A stretch of DNA of 64,000 nt, taken from contig JBNJNM010000011.1 of NCBI GenBank assembly GCA_052426225.1, positions 5,175,358-5,239,357 on the forward strand, in the 5' to 3' direction. This document shows, one piece after another, positions 26,849 through 39,060 of this stretch (the first letter of the stretch is position 1; each line of letters starts with the position of its first letter). Below the pieces are notes generated by a model, which was not told the origin of the DNA, made no database searches, and saw only the letters and a program-made list of their open reading frames with translations. The position numbers and the translations under genes are program-made. This DNA is from Zancudomyces culisetae HAW-14-8 (taxonomy: Eukaryota; Fungi; Kickxellomycota).

Positions 26849-29546
26849 TTTGTGTGTTTTTACTATATGCTGTACTGTTGTTTTTTTTATTGTCAGTCGA
26901 GGTGTTTTACCTGCAGTTTCAACTTTGAAAAATATATTTTAAGATTGCTACTATGTTATGCAAAGTATGAATGCAATTGATAAAGTACTTGAAAAATTGG
27001 AGGGAAACCAGGGATTTATATACTTTTTTGGTTTGAATATTCCAACTAGCTTAATACTTTATATTTTTGTTTTTTAAAGTGCGTCATAATCCGCAAATTC
27101 ACACTTCAACAGTGTAAAATGACAAGTTCAAAATTATGGTGCTGTACATATTTTCCAGCTTTGCTGAGGTTTAGCAGTGGATTGGAATATATGAATTTAA
27201 GAATACTGGTATTTCCACTTAGAAAAAAACCAGTTTATGTTGGTTTAAATTATCGAATAACATAAAAATCCACATCCAAACATTCAAAGCTACCCATATT
27301 AAGGGCAGTTTGCATATCCACCCTTTTTAATATAATAAATGGTTATTCGAGTGGCTCAATGTAATTTTTTTCTAAACTTATAGCAGTTGTTCCATAAGAG
27401 TGGCATCTTAATTATCCACCAACTGTAAATAAAATGAATTGGCTTGATTTGCTTTTTATTATTTCTTGAGAATTAGTGGTCTTCCTAGCTTATGGGTTAT
27501 GCACCTAACCTCTCATAAATTGTGTATTAAATTATTTGCATAATCTATGCAGCAATTTATAATGCCCCTGTAAAGTATTGCTCAATTTATCTACTTTACA
27601 TGCTCTTTTCAAGTGGCATATATTCCGGTAGAATTAAAAGGGTTTACAAAAGTAGCTGATTTATGAGTTTAGTTTTATTTTGACTAATACTATTGGGATA
27701 GGTTTGATGATTCAACACAATTCTTACCAGATTTTTGCAGAATAGTATGTCATATCCTATATAAATGCTTATAAATTTTTTTTTCAGCATCAATCGACAG
27801 GTGGATTAGACCTTAGAAAATAGCTTCAAGCTAAATGACTACTGATTTGAACACTGCAGTCTATTATTATAACAACATACTGATCGTGGTTGGTACAGAT
27901 ACACTAATTTCCTCTAAATTTTACACAAAAATTCAAAGTGTTTAAATGAAAATCATTTGGGTTGTTGGTCTGATATTTTGAGTAGAGTATCCATCTCTTT
28001 GTAGATTACTAGCAATGCAAATGTCTTGATTGTACCTTATCGACTAGATAAACGTAATTTGAAATTAACGCTAGACATATAAGTAGATATTTGAAATGGA
28101 TTAACCACAACACATATAACCAATATCATACAAAGTTATGTACTGGATGTGTAAAATGCTTCTTTTACTCTTTTAACTTTTAGCATAAATTGTTTTTTAG
28201 TAGATTTTAATTTCATATCGGAAAGAATGTTTAATATTATAGGGTTATCCCTAAAAATAATTTATTTCTATCGCACTGGAGACAAATCAATTCCAATGCC
28301 AATGATAGTTGTATACTCTCGTTTGTCCTAAAATATTTTATCTTTACTTATTTAACTAATCTGGTATGTAGTTGTAAGAAAAACACCATTCTATCAGAAA
28401 AGCACTGTTAAAATATAGATATACAACTCTAGCTATAACTAGATATATCAATTCTTATAGTTTTTTTTTGATATTATTAGAATTTGTATGTTTCATTCGA
28501 TAATAAAAATATATTTAATACCTTGTAGATTTAAAACTAATTACAGTACCTTATACAGCTGTTGTGAACTGAAATGAGAAAAGATCCCACGGGTTTAGTT
28601 TGGGATGGTAGGATAAACGATACTTTTAAATCAAGCTTTATATCATTATATCTAACAAGAATCAATAAAATTTATTTTTTGGTTCCAATTCTAACTCATT
28701 TTGGTACATTACTCAACATTGATAATAAAAATAATACACAAGACCGAAATACGTTTAATTGGTATTTATTTTTTTATACAAATATTATATAAACCAGATC
28801 ACATCATTCCATCATTTACCGTACATCTGTACTGGAAATAGAAAAGAAAAAACAAGTTATCAGCATACTATGCTTGTGTCTCGTTGTATTTTTTTTTTGA
28901 CTATTTAAATCATGGATATAGACTAATTGCTATAATATGCTTTTTTAATTCTATTATTTGATTTTTAATAGAAATACAACATATAATGCCATGAAATTTA
29001 CAGGACTGTAGTGAACCTACAACTTAAAATTTAATAGGCACATTAAAGGTTGAAGATATAATTCTAACAAAATAAAAGGCAATAAGATCTTCTACCGAGT
29101 CAAATGAATGAACTTCAGACCAGTTAATATTCTTTGAACATGTTCCGGAAATAATAAAGACAGGAAAAAAAGTGAAGGAAAGTGGTAGTGTAGGCATGAT
29201 CAAAGTTACTATCCTTAGTTTAGCTGAACATACTGAGTTTCTGACATAGAATCGTTCAAACCAAGGTTGTTATCATAGATCTACTCAAAATAGAATATTC
29301 ACTTTGAACGAACAACCAGTAGGTATGTAATCTTCTAGAAAGTCGACAAAGAATTACATAGTAGATATTATATGGGATTTTTTACCTACTAATCTTTGTG
29401 ATATTTTGTAAATTTATGGCAAAGTGAAATTCATCTTTGTGTGAGCTAGTCATATTGTCAACTATGTTAAAGTTTATATGCTCATCAGTTTGGAAACAAT
29501 TGATACTTTATTAAAGTATACCTCCCAAATAAATAAAAATGACTTT

Positions 29547-30355
29547 TGTCGTGTGTTCTGGGTTGAATTCCAACTTAATCCGATTTCTTGGGAATATATA
29601 AATATTCAAAGGAAATTATTCAATTATCTAAAAATGAAATGAATTTTATTTAACCATTAACAATCAAAAATATGAAGATTATTTCTGATCATAAAATGAA
29701 GGAAATAGTCAGATCAAAAATCCAAGAGAAAAATTACAAAATGAAATAAGGACATAAAAAGAATTTATTATTATTAGTATATTTAATTAAATTAAAGAGT
29801 ATTAAATCGACTATGAAAAATGAGTCAAACTATGAGGACGACCACAAAGCATAATATGAAGAGATAGCGGATATATTAAATATTAATAGGATAAGATTAG
29901 TAATAGTTTTAAAATTAGCAATTAACATATATAAAAGCCAAAGAGATCTCATTAGGAGTCTCTTTAGCTCTTTTAGTAGTTTAAAACATATTCACAAAAG
30001 TAAGAAATAAAGACATTGAACAAGAAGGATTCTGTTTAATACAAGTTTATTGAAAAGTAATATAATCATATAATAGTGCTACGGCTAAAAGTTTAAAATA
30101 GTAAAAGATAAAAGTTTAAAATTACTAAAATCTCATGTCAGGTCTTATGGGTCATCTGCGCGCTGCCATCATCCAGAGATTCAAGGATGAGGGGCGGTAC
30201 TCCTCGGATAGTGATCGTTCCGAAGCTACTTCTATGGAAATAGAACCGGAAGCGTCACGTGATCCATTCTCTTTTCTTGAAGGAGTGGTTCAAAGAGAGA
30301 TGGATTCCATGAGAAACCCGACTAAGGAGCGTGGCCAGTCCAGCCACGTCCGACA
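29547..30355 (+). mobile_element. Solo LTR (809 bp) carrying the first ~73 codons of an ORF at its 3' end
   Basis: TGTCG...CGACA termini and 4-bp direct repeat CTTT at 29543-29546 and 30356-30359. About 700 bp is homologous to the reverse complement of 44211-44900. Confidence 0.7.
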
Positions 30356-30392
30356 CTTTACTACCAACTAAGTTACGCTATAAAGTAATAAT

Positions 30393-30752
30393 TTATTCAT
30401 TAGCAGCTTGACCAAATGCTACCCATTTCATTGAAAGGGGCGGTGTGGGGAGATCCAAATGGAAGTCCCAAAGACCGGTTCTTATAAAATTGGCGTTTGT
30501 TGTACATACACCACAACAGTCCTTTTCTGTACACATCAGTAGTGCTCCTGATATATCAGTGGGGTTAAGGTATTGCGCCGATCTGCCTGGTCTAACATTA
30601 TAACATTGATGTTTTACCATGTGGAGTTCATCCACAACAGCACCAGAAAATCGATAACCTTAAAATATTTTGGCGTGCAGGGTTTGGAATTTAGCATTTA
30701 CTGGAAACGTGGCAACTACGGCCGCGAGAAGTGCTAGTGTTGACTTTACCAC
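30393..30752 (-). pseudogene. Pseudogenised secreted crystallin-fold-like paralog 3
   Basis: Frame reads (V)VKSTLALLAAVVATFPVNA-KFQTLHAKIF*GYRF..HQCY..GALLMCTEKDCCGVC..SMKW. The start is GTG at 30752 and there is an in-frame TAA at 30662-30660. Confidence 0.75.
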
Positions 30753-33215
30753 ATTTGATTCTTGATTTTAATTATAATTGTGAGAAGCTAATGCGCTGAT
30801 GCAGTATGAAAATGGTGATGACTAAAATGTTTTTTTGTGGTTCTTAAAGGAACTTCAATTGTTGATGTACATCTTGTTTCAACAACATTCTGAACGTTTT
30901 ACACTCTTTCCTTTCTCTCTGTTACCTCTATGCTATCCTTGAAACTGCGTAAGGTGACCAATTGTAGTGTTTCCAATATATTTTAAAAAGTCTTCAATTT
31001 TTAGAAAGTCGACAAAGCATCTAGGTTTCAAAGCATTAGGCTGAATGAAAGTGTACTAAAAAATGATAATTTAGGTGTTATGTAATTCATAGTTTCTAAT
31101 TTTAATCTTTGACAACTTTTCTATATTTGCTAGCCTCGCTTACAATGTAGTGGTATACTAGAACTAGTAATCTTATAAGGTAGTAGAGCAATTTTTTCTG
31201 CTCATGAATTGTGTCTTATCGTAATTGGTAGATTAAAAATAATTTTGTAATTATGACCTAATACTACACTAACTCTGTTCCGATAGTTTAAAAGCGTTTA
31301 ATTCATGCAAGTAAAAATGGTTATGTAATCAAAATAATAAAAATATCACACTCAAAATCGATTTACTACTTGAGAAGGTTTATCTAAAGCGATATTTTTA
31401 ATTCATCTAAAAACAACACTATTCCACAAAATTCCCATTAAAAAGAGAAATTAGACCCATAAACTATTATACGTCCTTGAAAAAGATGTAAAACCGACAA
31501 AATGATCCGTTCCTGCAATTCCAAGGAATATTACTCCTTAATTCCATTCTTCCCGACAAGAGGTGGCCATTGGGTTTAATTATTAGATTGGTAATAGTTA
31601 CAAATTTGTTACAAATCTAAAATTACGTTTCTATACCTCTCACCAACGAATACACCAGATAACTAACAAGGCCAAAGAGCGTTTTAAAAGACAAGATAGA
31701 TTTCGAGTTTCTAGCCTCGAGAAAGACAGCACTTACACTAATAAATTATTCAAAAGCATTTTCTATTAATAAGTGAGTAGAATTAACCCGTGTTTTAAAT
31801 CAAGGTGTATTATCAATCACACAATGTGATGTATTCATATGCTAATGATGCTTTCAGTTTACCTAATAATAATGGCCTTAATATATCTCGATACCAAGCT
31901 ATTTGAAAGCTAAAGTAACGTGCAAAACATTCTTACAAAGATAGAAAAGAACGGAATCAAATTGTTTTTAATGTCTAAATAATAGCCTTATGAATAAATA
32001 TTTACATGTTTTCATCAAAAAGAGTACACTTGGCTTATAATTATAAGTAAACAAAGCCCAATAAAGTAATATTAATCTTTATATGTGGCATGGTCAACCA
32101 GGAGACTACCCTAGCCTCATACTTGTTTTTATTTAGTATGTAAATACTGGAGTTTCAATAGTATACTCCAAGGCGATGGTTCAATTTATTGTAAAATTGC
32201 GAGTTTTTAATTTTGATTCTTTTTCCTACATTATCAATGATTGTTTTTGTATGCTCATTAAATCTTAATTTATAAAAGGTTAAATTACCTAAATTAGAAT
32301 CATGCGCCTACCTAGTCTTGAAATTAACATGTAGAAGAGCCTAATTAATATGTCAATTATCTCTAAAGGCATAAATATAATTCGTACTATAATCCCGAAG
32401 TGAGGTTAATAACCATATTTGCTTAAAATGGGCCAATCAATTAAGCGCTAGAATTTGAATGACACTTCCAATCAGTAAGCACTCGGTACATCTATCATTA
32501 CAAATATTCTCGTATCACAATTATATAGGTAACTGCAACATATTCAACAAATTATAAATGCTGATTACGATATGATTTAAAATAGAATATGCAATTTCAA
32601 AAAAAACAAGCGTACTTCGGGTCATCTAGTACATGATAAATAATTTACAAACCCTGAATGCCACCGGTACCGTTTATACTGTGATATGTCTTTTTTTAGA
32701 TTTTACATTTCCCTCAAAAACCGGAATAGATTACTAAAAATAATTTTTTTTCTCTTTCGTTCAAATGCAAACGGCCAAAAATATTGATTCTCTAAGTAAA
32801 AGCCTTTGTATTTCTTTAATTTTTAGAGAACATCAAGGTAAAAGCATTGACATTAGGTATCATAAAACAAGTTATGCCCATTAAATGTTAACTCTGATAC
32901 CTATTAATCAACTTTTTAATTCATGATCTAAAAACAGTTGTACTATTTTGAGCGAGCTGTTAGAGGAACGATTTTCCGATTAATTCGGATATCATGACAA
33001 TAGTTGTAAGTCATTGTTACCAGCTATCTAGCTATTTTCACTAGTAAATTTTAATTCTATACACCATTATACTTACAAAGAAGAGGAGCACAACAACAAA
33101 AAGTATAAAAAGTCCAGATTTTTTTCAGAATCCTATTCTATACAATTCAAAAACATTTACAACTTTATCCTATATAAAAAGTGAATAGCTTGAAATAATC
33201 AAAAAATAAAATAAG

Positions 33216-33638
33216 ATGGTAAATATTTTGTTGACAACCGCAATTTTGATTGCCTCAAAGCTTGTAGCTGGTGCTAGCATTCCAGATACCCAGACATATA
33301 TTTCTAAAAGGCAAGACGACGACAATCGCAACATCTGCTATGGAGACAATAAAAAGCAATACCCTAACAAATTTCTAAATATTGAAATGTTTGCACAAAG
33401 GTCAAGGATAAATACAATTGGTTTCAAAACAATTAATCCAAATCGTTGCTATGTCATGCCAACTACTGGTTCCTGCTTGCTTAATGGTGGTACGCCTGGT
33501 GAAGGAACAATAATGTTCTGCACTGGAACCAACTGCGATGGTTACTGCCGGGCTCAACCAAGACAAGTCTGGTATACCCCCGGAGATATGCAGAAAGATA
33601 TTGGAGGGCTTGCAAATTCAGTTTATTGGACAATTTGA
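33216..33638 (+). CDS. Small secreted Cys-rich crystallin-fold-like protein, paralog 4
   Basis: Signal peptide, ISKR Kex2 site, IEMFAQRS..PNRCY..GTIMFCTGTNCDGYC..ANSVYW. Confidence 0.85.
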   Translation: MVNILLTTAILIASKLVAGASIPDTQTYISKRQDDDNRNICYGDNKKQYPNKFLNIEMFAQRSRINTIGFKTINPNRCYVMPTTGSCLLNGGTPGEGTIMFCTGTNCDGYCRAQPRQVWYTPGDMQKDIGGLANSVYWTI

Positions 33639-35493
33639 TAAGTGATGAAAGTGCATTACTTCACGAGCCGTCAAGAACGCATTTAAATTTGCATAGTTAC
33701 TCTTATTTTCATTATATCATTCACATTTAATTTAGCTACTATTTTATAGCATAGCATAAAAAAACTTTACAAAAATATATTCTCAGAATTTGTTTTTATA
33801 TTAAATTAAAGCTGATCTGAAGATCTTTGAAGTATATATTGTATTTTTAGTGATATTATAGACAAATTATAAAACAACTTAATATATCTATGGAGACCGC
33901 TTAACTCTAGATTTTTGGTAGTGAAGTACCTAAAATGTAATTTAACTTTGTATATGAAATCAATTAGTCTATTAATTTTCTTAATGTAAATATGCTATTG
34001 TATCTAAAGTATATCGAACACATATGGACCATCAAAAATTGTTATTAAAATGTATTCATTAATCGAGGAAAAACAGTGTAACTGATTTGAATCGTAAAGT
34101 AAATAGCACTAAAATAAAAAGTTATACAAATAAAAACCTCGATAAAATCATCTCATCTTAGCTTCTTTAATCTGTTGATTGTAGTACTAATTTCCATAGT
34201 TGCAGTCTATTGAGAAACCTAAAGTAGTTTAGATCAGACTCTATAGATGTTTTATTTTTGGTTGCTGTTTTAATCTAGTAGAAATGTTTTATGCCCTACT
34301 TGGAGGCTATTGGCTACTAAGATATACTCGAGTAAAACAACTATAGTTTATAATTAACAATATTGTGTACTATTATAATGTTCAGATGCAACAAATTAAC
34401 TTTTCTAAAAATTTTATTAATTTTATAGAACAAACTCAAATGCATAACTGTCAAATAAGAGTATCAATAAAATTAACTTACAAATTACAACTGATGAGAA
34501 ATCCAATATGTTTAATATTTTGTTATTAATGTATGCATCGTCTATTTAGGCTAAACTCGACTTTGTTCTCTCATAAGTAGATAATGAATTAGGCCTTGTA
34601 TCATTTTTCAATATTTTAAAATATTCCAACTATTAACATTCATATTATGAAATAAATTCAATAATTTCTCAAAAGTCAAGACATTAATATTATTAATATA
34701 TTATTTTCTTATTTATATATAAATAACACTTTTTTCATCTGTTTAGTAAATCAAACTATTCTCGCTGTTCAGTTATACTTAACTTTCAAAAAGTATTAAA
34801 AAGTGCTTTCGTTCTTTTAAATTAAATGTAAACCACTCCATCTAAATTCTTTGAACCTTTTTACCTACTAATCAGAAATTTAAGTGATAGGAAAAAGATA
34901 ACCTTTTATTATAATGTAGCTATAAATGGTAATAAGCTTTAAATTGTAGAGTTTTCTCATACAGGCAGTTAAGTTTATAATTTGGGCCTTATTCAGGTGT
35001 TTTGCTCTGAATTACGAATTTCGCAATTGTTAATTGACTTCAACATATCAAAAATAATAAATATAATTCTAGTAATCTTCGGATTAAAGTATTATACAAT
35101 TGGTTAAGCTTGCAACGTATTCATTTGTTGAAAGATGTTGTAGATTCTATAAAATATATCATGTGACTATTTCATTCAAGTTGTGAAAAGACTACCTATT
35201 AGATTTACAGCTACATGGTATTTTAATAATCATAATTGTAGAATGGTTTGTGAAAACCATTAATACCATATTTCCCATTTATAAATGAATTTAATTTTAA
35301 ACTTAATTAGTATGTTTAGTTGAATAAAGAATAATAAATTGACATGAAAATGCACGGTTAAAATTAAATCCTACCTACTCTTTATATAACTTCATAATCT
35401 TTTCTTGAGCAATTCTTTACCATGAATTCATTATTAAATGTTAGAATTTTTGCAACTAAAATCTCATCAGTACTTTATAAAATGTATAGATTA

Positions 35494-35755
35494 TGTCGGA
35501 CGTGACCGGGTGGATCACGTTCGTTTGTCGGGTTTCACATGGTTACAAGCTATTGATTGATTATATCTTCCAAATCATGAAACGGGTCACGTGAGAAGAT
35601 CGATTCAATTTCCATAGAAGACACTCAATGGTCGGTCGCTATCTGATGAGTAGCGACCATCATCTCGGAACTGCTGGATTATGGCTGTCCTGATTTGCTT
35701 TATGAGACCTGACATTTAGATTTTATTAATTTTAATCTAATACTTTAAAATAATC
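35494..35755 (-). mobile_element. Partial copy of the ORF-carrying LTR family
   Basis: 35494-35714 encodes degenerate MSGLIKQIRTAIIQQFRDDGRYSSDSDR...NPTNERDPPGHVR and ends GTCCGACA. It abuts the DIRS end. Confidence 0.65.
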
Positions 35756-36223
35756 TTAATATATTTAGTTGAATATAATGAAAACTTATTATTATTATGC
35801 AAATGTCAGATACCATTACGTGTTATAAATCTATATTTAATTTCGAATTCTTTCCTAGATACTAAATACTTAAACCCCAAAATTTTTTTCAAATGTGCCA
35901 ATATGTTCGAAATTTCGTAATCTGAAATTATGGAATCAAGAATATTCTAAAGAGTTTGAATTCAGTACTAAAATTTCTCATAACATTTGGGTTAAAAATA
36001 TGTAAAATTATCTTAAAACAACAACAAAATGAAAATAAAGTATATAAACCGTCTGTTTTCCAGTTTTCTTGAGTTCCTTACCATCGGTTGAGCTAGGTTA
36101 GGGCGGGGCTGGGTGGGACATAAATGTATCTGGCATTCGCATAATAATAATAAGTTTTCATTATATTCAACTAAACATATTATTATGCTTCATTGGCCAG
36201 ATACAATTATGTTGCTTCAGAGT

Positions 36224-37200
36224 TTAATACGTAAATGTCAAATTTTCTCTTGTTCTACGTGATAACTGATAGTATGTATCAAATATTCCTCTGCTTGCCC
36301 AAAATCCTTGGGTAATAACATCATCGTATGTTGCACCTGATGAAGTAGCACGAGTAGATCCATGTGCTCTTGCCTTTGGTACTTTAGCGTTTGGCGGTAA
36401 TGGTATAAGCGACATAAGTTTGTTAATGTGCTTGCTGATACGCTGTGCTCCAATGTTAGTACTGTGGTCCTTGAGACTCCTGATGAGATAGGATATTGAG
36501 TTTCCGTCGAGCAAAGGATGTGGTTTTACGCATGGTGTAACCTCAATCCGCTTTTTGTAAACCTGATAAGTTTCAACCGGAATAATTTTTTGTCAGAGTG
36601 TGCATGGATTATAGAAACTTTTTCAATTGGAGTTCCATTGCGTTTCTCCTTTGGTCCAACAATAATAAACTTGATGTATTCTCTTGTCACTGACGTCTTG
36701 CTGTCGTCAATCCTCTCAATGTCGCTTGGCCTGAGAAAGCCACAGATGGCTATGAGCCAGCATAGTTTTGCTGTCAAGTCATACTTTGACATTCTGGAGT
36801 TAGGCCCAAGTTTCCTGATGTGGTCAATGATTGGACTGATGTCATAAAGCGATATGTCAAAGGATCTGACGTTTGATGAAGATAGTTGTTTGAGATACTC
36901 TTTCATTAGTGGATCGTCACTGAAAGAAGCCCAATCACTGGTTATGTCAAGAATGGCGGACTTGTAGTTCTTGACTGTTCCGAGTCTCCAGTTTAGCGCC
37001 TTCCGCTGCTGCTCCAGATAGTTGATAACGTCAACGACTGTTACGTTTTCTATGGAGATTAAAGATGTAGAAAGCCACTGTAGGAACTTGGTCTTCGGGT
37101 TCAAGTATTTCTTCTGCCTCGTCTTAACTCGAGTGTTGTCGAGCATCAAATTGATGACCTGGTCATCTAATCCTGCTTCCTGATACCTTGCGCGCTTAAC
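36224..37200 (-). pseudogene. DIRS tyrosine recombinase (frameshifted)
   Basis: C-terminal part of ORF 36526-38199 (AKLCWLIAICGFLRPSDIERID) continues in another frame in ORF 36224-36514. Confidence 0.8.
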
Positions 37201-39060
37201 CGCCAAGCCGTAAGTGACCATGTCTTGTTGCGCATTGTCGCTGCTTTTCCGCTTCTCGGGTCTGGGATAACTGCTGACGGATGAATCTTGATTGGCGGTG
37301 CAATTGACAGGCTCTTCAGGTCCGGATACCACGGGGCTGATCTCCAGAACGGCGTGATCAGAGTCGCTGTGATCCTCTCCTGACGGATCTTCTGGATGGT
37401 ACGCTGGATCAGATTCCACGGTGGACACATGTATGGATTCTTCCACACTGTCCAACTGTGGTTGAAGGCGTTGATCCTGACTGCTTGGGGGCAGTATTTC
37501 CAACTCACAAATGTGTTCAGTTTGTGATTGGTGCTGCTCGCAAACATGGTCAATATCGTGAGGACCAAAGTATTTTTGAATCCTTTGAAACACTCTTTCC
37601 GATATCGACCATTCGGTCTGCAAAGTAAGCAGGGATGGGGCGTCTGCCGGATTCACAATGGATGGTACGTACTGGACCTGTACCCTGGTCCCGTTGCTGA
37701 TGCAGTGTTTCCACATCAGTTCCGATATGTCGAGCAGGTTGGGTGATCTGGTCCCTCCCTGTTTCTTGACATAGCTGATGGAGGTGTTGTTGTCGCAGTA
37801 TACAACCACACTCCTGCCATTTACCTGGGGCATCTTGATAGCCTTGTATATGGCTAGTAGCTCCTTGGCGTTGATCGGGAGCTTGGACTGTGCTTTGGTC
37901 CATATTCCTGAGTACTGGCTCTGACCAATAACTATCCCCCAATGGAAGTCGCTCGCGTCTGTGTAGACTTCCACTTCCGGAATCTCTGGGAGGAAGCTCA
38001 GGCCGTTCCATTCCTTCAGATGGTCTCTGCACCAGATCATTTGTCTAGAGCTGGCTGATCCAAAGATACTTCTGTGCTCCAATCCCGCGTGGTCCGCAGG
38101 GTAGCATTCTTGAGCTCCAAAAGCCTCCTGCTCATGAGTCTGCCTGGACGGAGAGCGATGTTCACTGCCTGTGTCTTGCCAATGAAAGACGCTAAGCATC
38201 TCAGCGTCGTCTTCCCATTCCTGATCAGTTTGGATGCCTCTCGCGTAAGATCCCTGAGTTTCTGCTTGGGAATCCTGAAGCTCATTTGGCGGGTGTTGAT
38301 GTCCATACCCAAATGGCTGATAGACTGCTTGGGGTTCATTGACGACTTCTCGTTGTTTAAAATGAACCCTAATTTGGCTAGCTTGTTTGCAACCATCGTA
38401 GTGTACTTGCTACACTCGCTTCTGGTTGATCCCAAGACCAGAAAATCGTCCAAGTAGCTCGAGATTCGGATCCCTCGAGCTCTGGCCCACTTGTGAACTG
38501 GCTTTAATATTTTGGTGAATACTAGCGGGCTTAAGGACAGATCAAATGGCAGTACCCTGTACTGGTAGACGCGATGGCCTCACGTCAACCTGAGATATTT
38601 TCTTGACGCCTTGTTGATGAGCACGTGCAAGAAAGCATCGCTGAGATCGATGCTTGTCATCCAGTCACCCTTTCGCAACATTTGTGAGATGGTGTTCAGT
38701 GATTCCATCTTGAAATGCTGCTCGGGGATGTACTGGTTTAAAGGTCTCAGGTTGAGAACCATCCGTGTTCCTCCATTCTTCTTTGGGACGGTGAATGTCC
38801 TTGAGAAGAATCCTGGCTGCGCTGCTGAAACTTCCTCTATAGCTTTTTTGGAGAGGAGACTTGTAATCTCCTGCTCGACGACCTTTTCCGGAAGTTTCAT
38901 TAAGTCCTTCACGCACGGCTTTGGCTGCTTGACCGTGCGAGGATGCGCATTGAAGGGGATTCGGAACCCTTCCTTGATCACCTGGAGTACCCATTGGTGA
39001 TCGGTAAGCTTCTTCCATGCCTCCTGGAAGAGCTATAGTCAACCCCCTACTTTCGGGGAC
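37167..39060 (-). pseudogene. DIRS RT/RNase H/methyltransferase polyprotein (disrupted)
   Basis: Pieces in ORFs 38580-38981, 38037-38453, 36526-38199 and 37167-37568, separated by a TGA at 38580 and frameshifts. Confidence 0.82.

Noticed and set aside
30136-30355. 220-bp TGTC..GACA unit as a complete LTR or a host small gene
   Set aside because: No TSD at those ends, and homology extends about 500 bp upstream. The 809-bp unit has the TSD.
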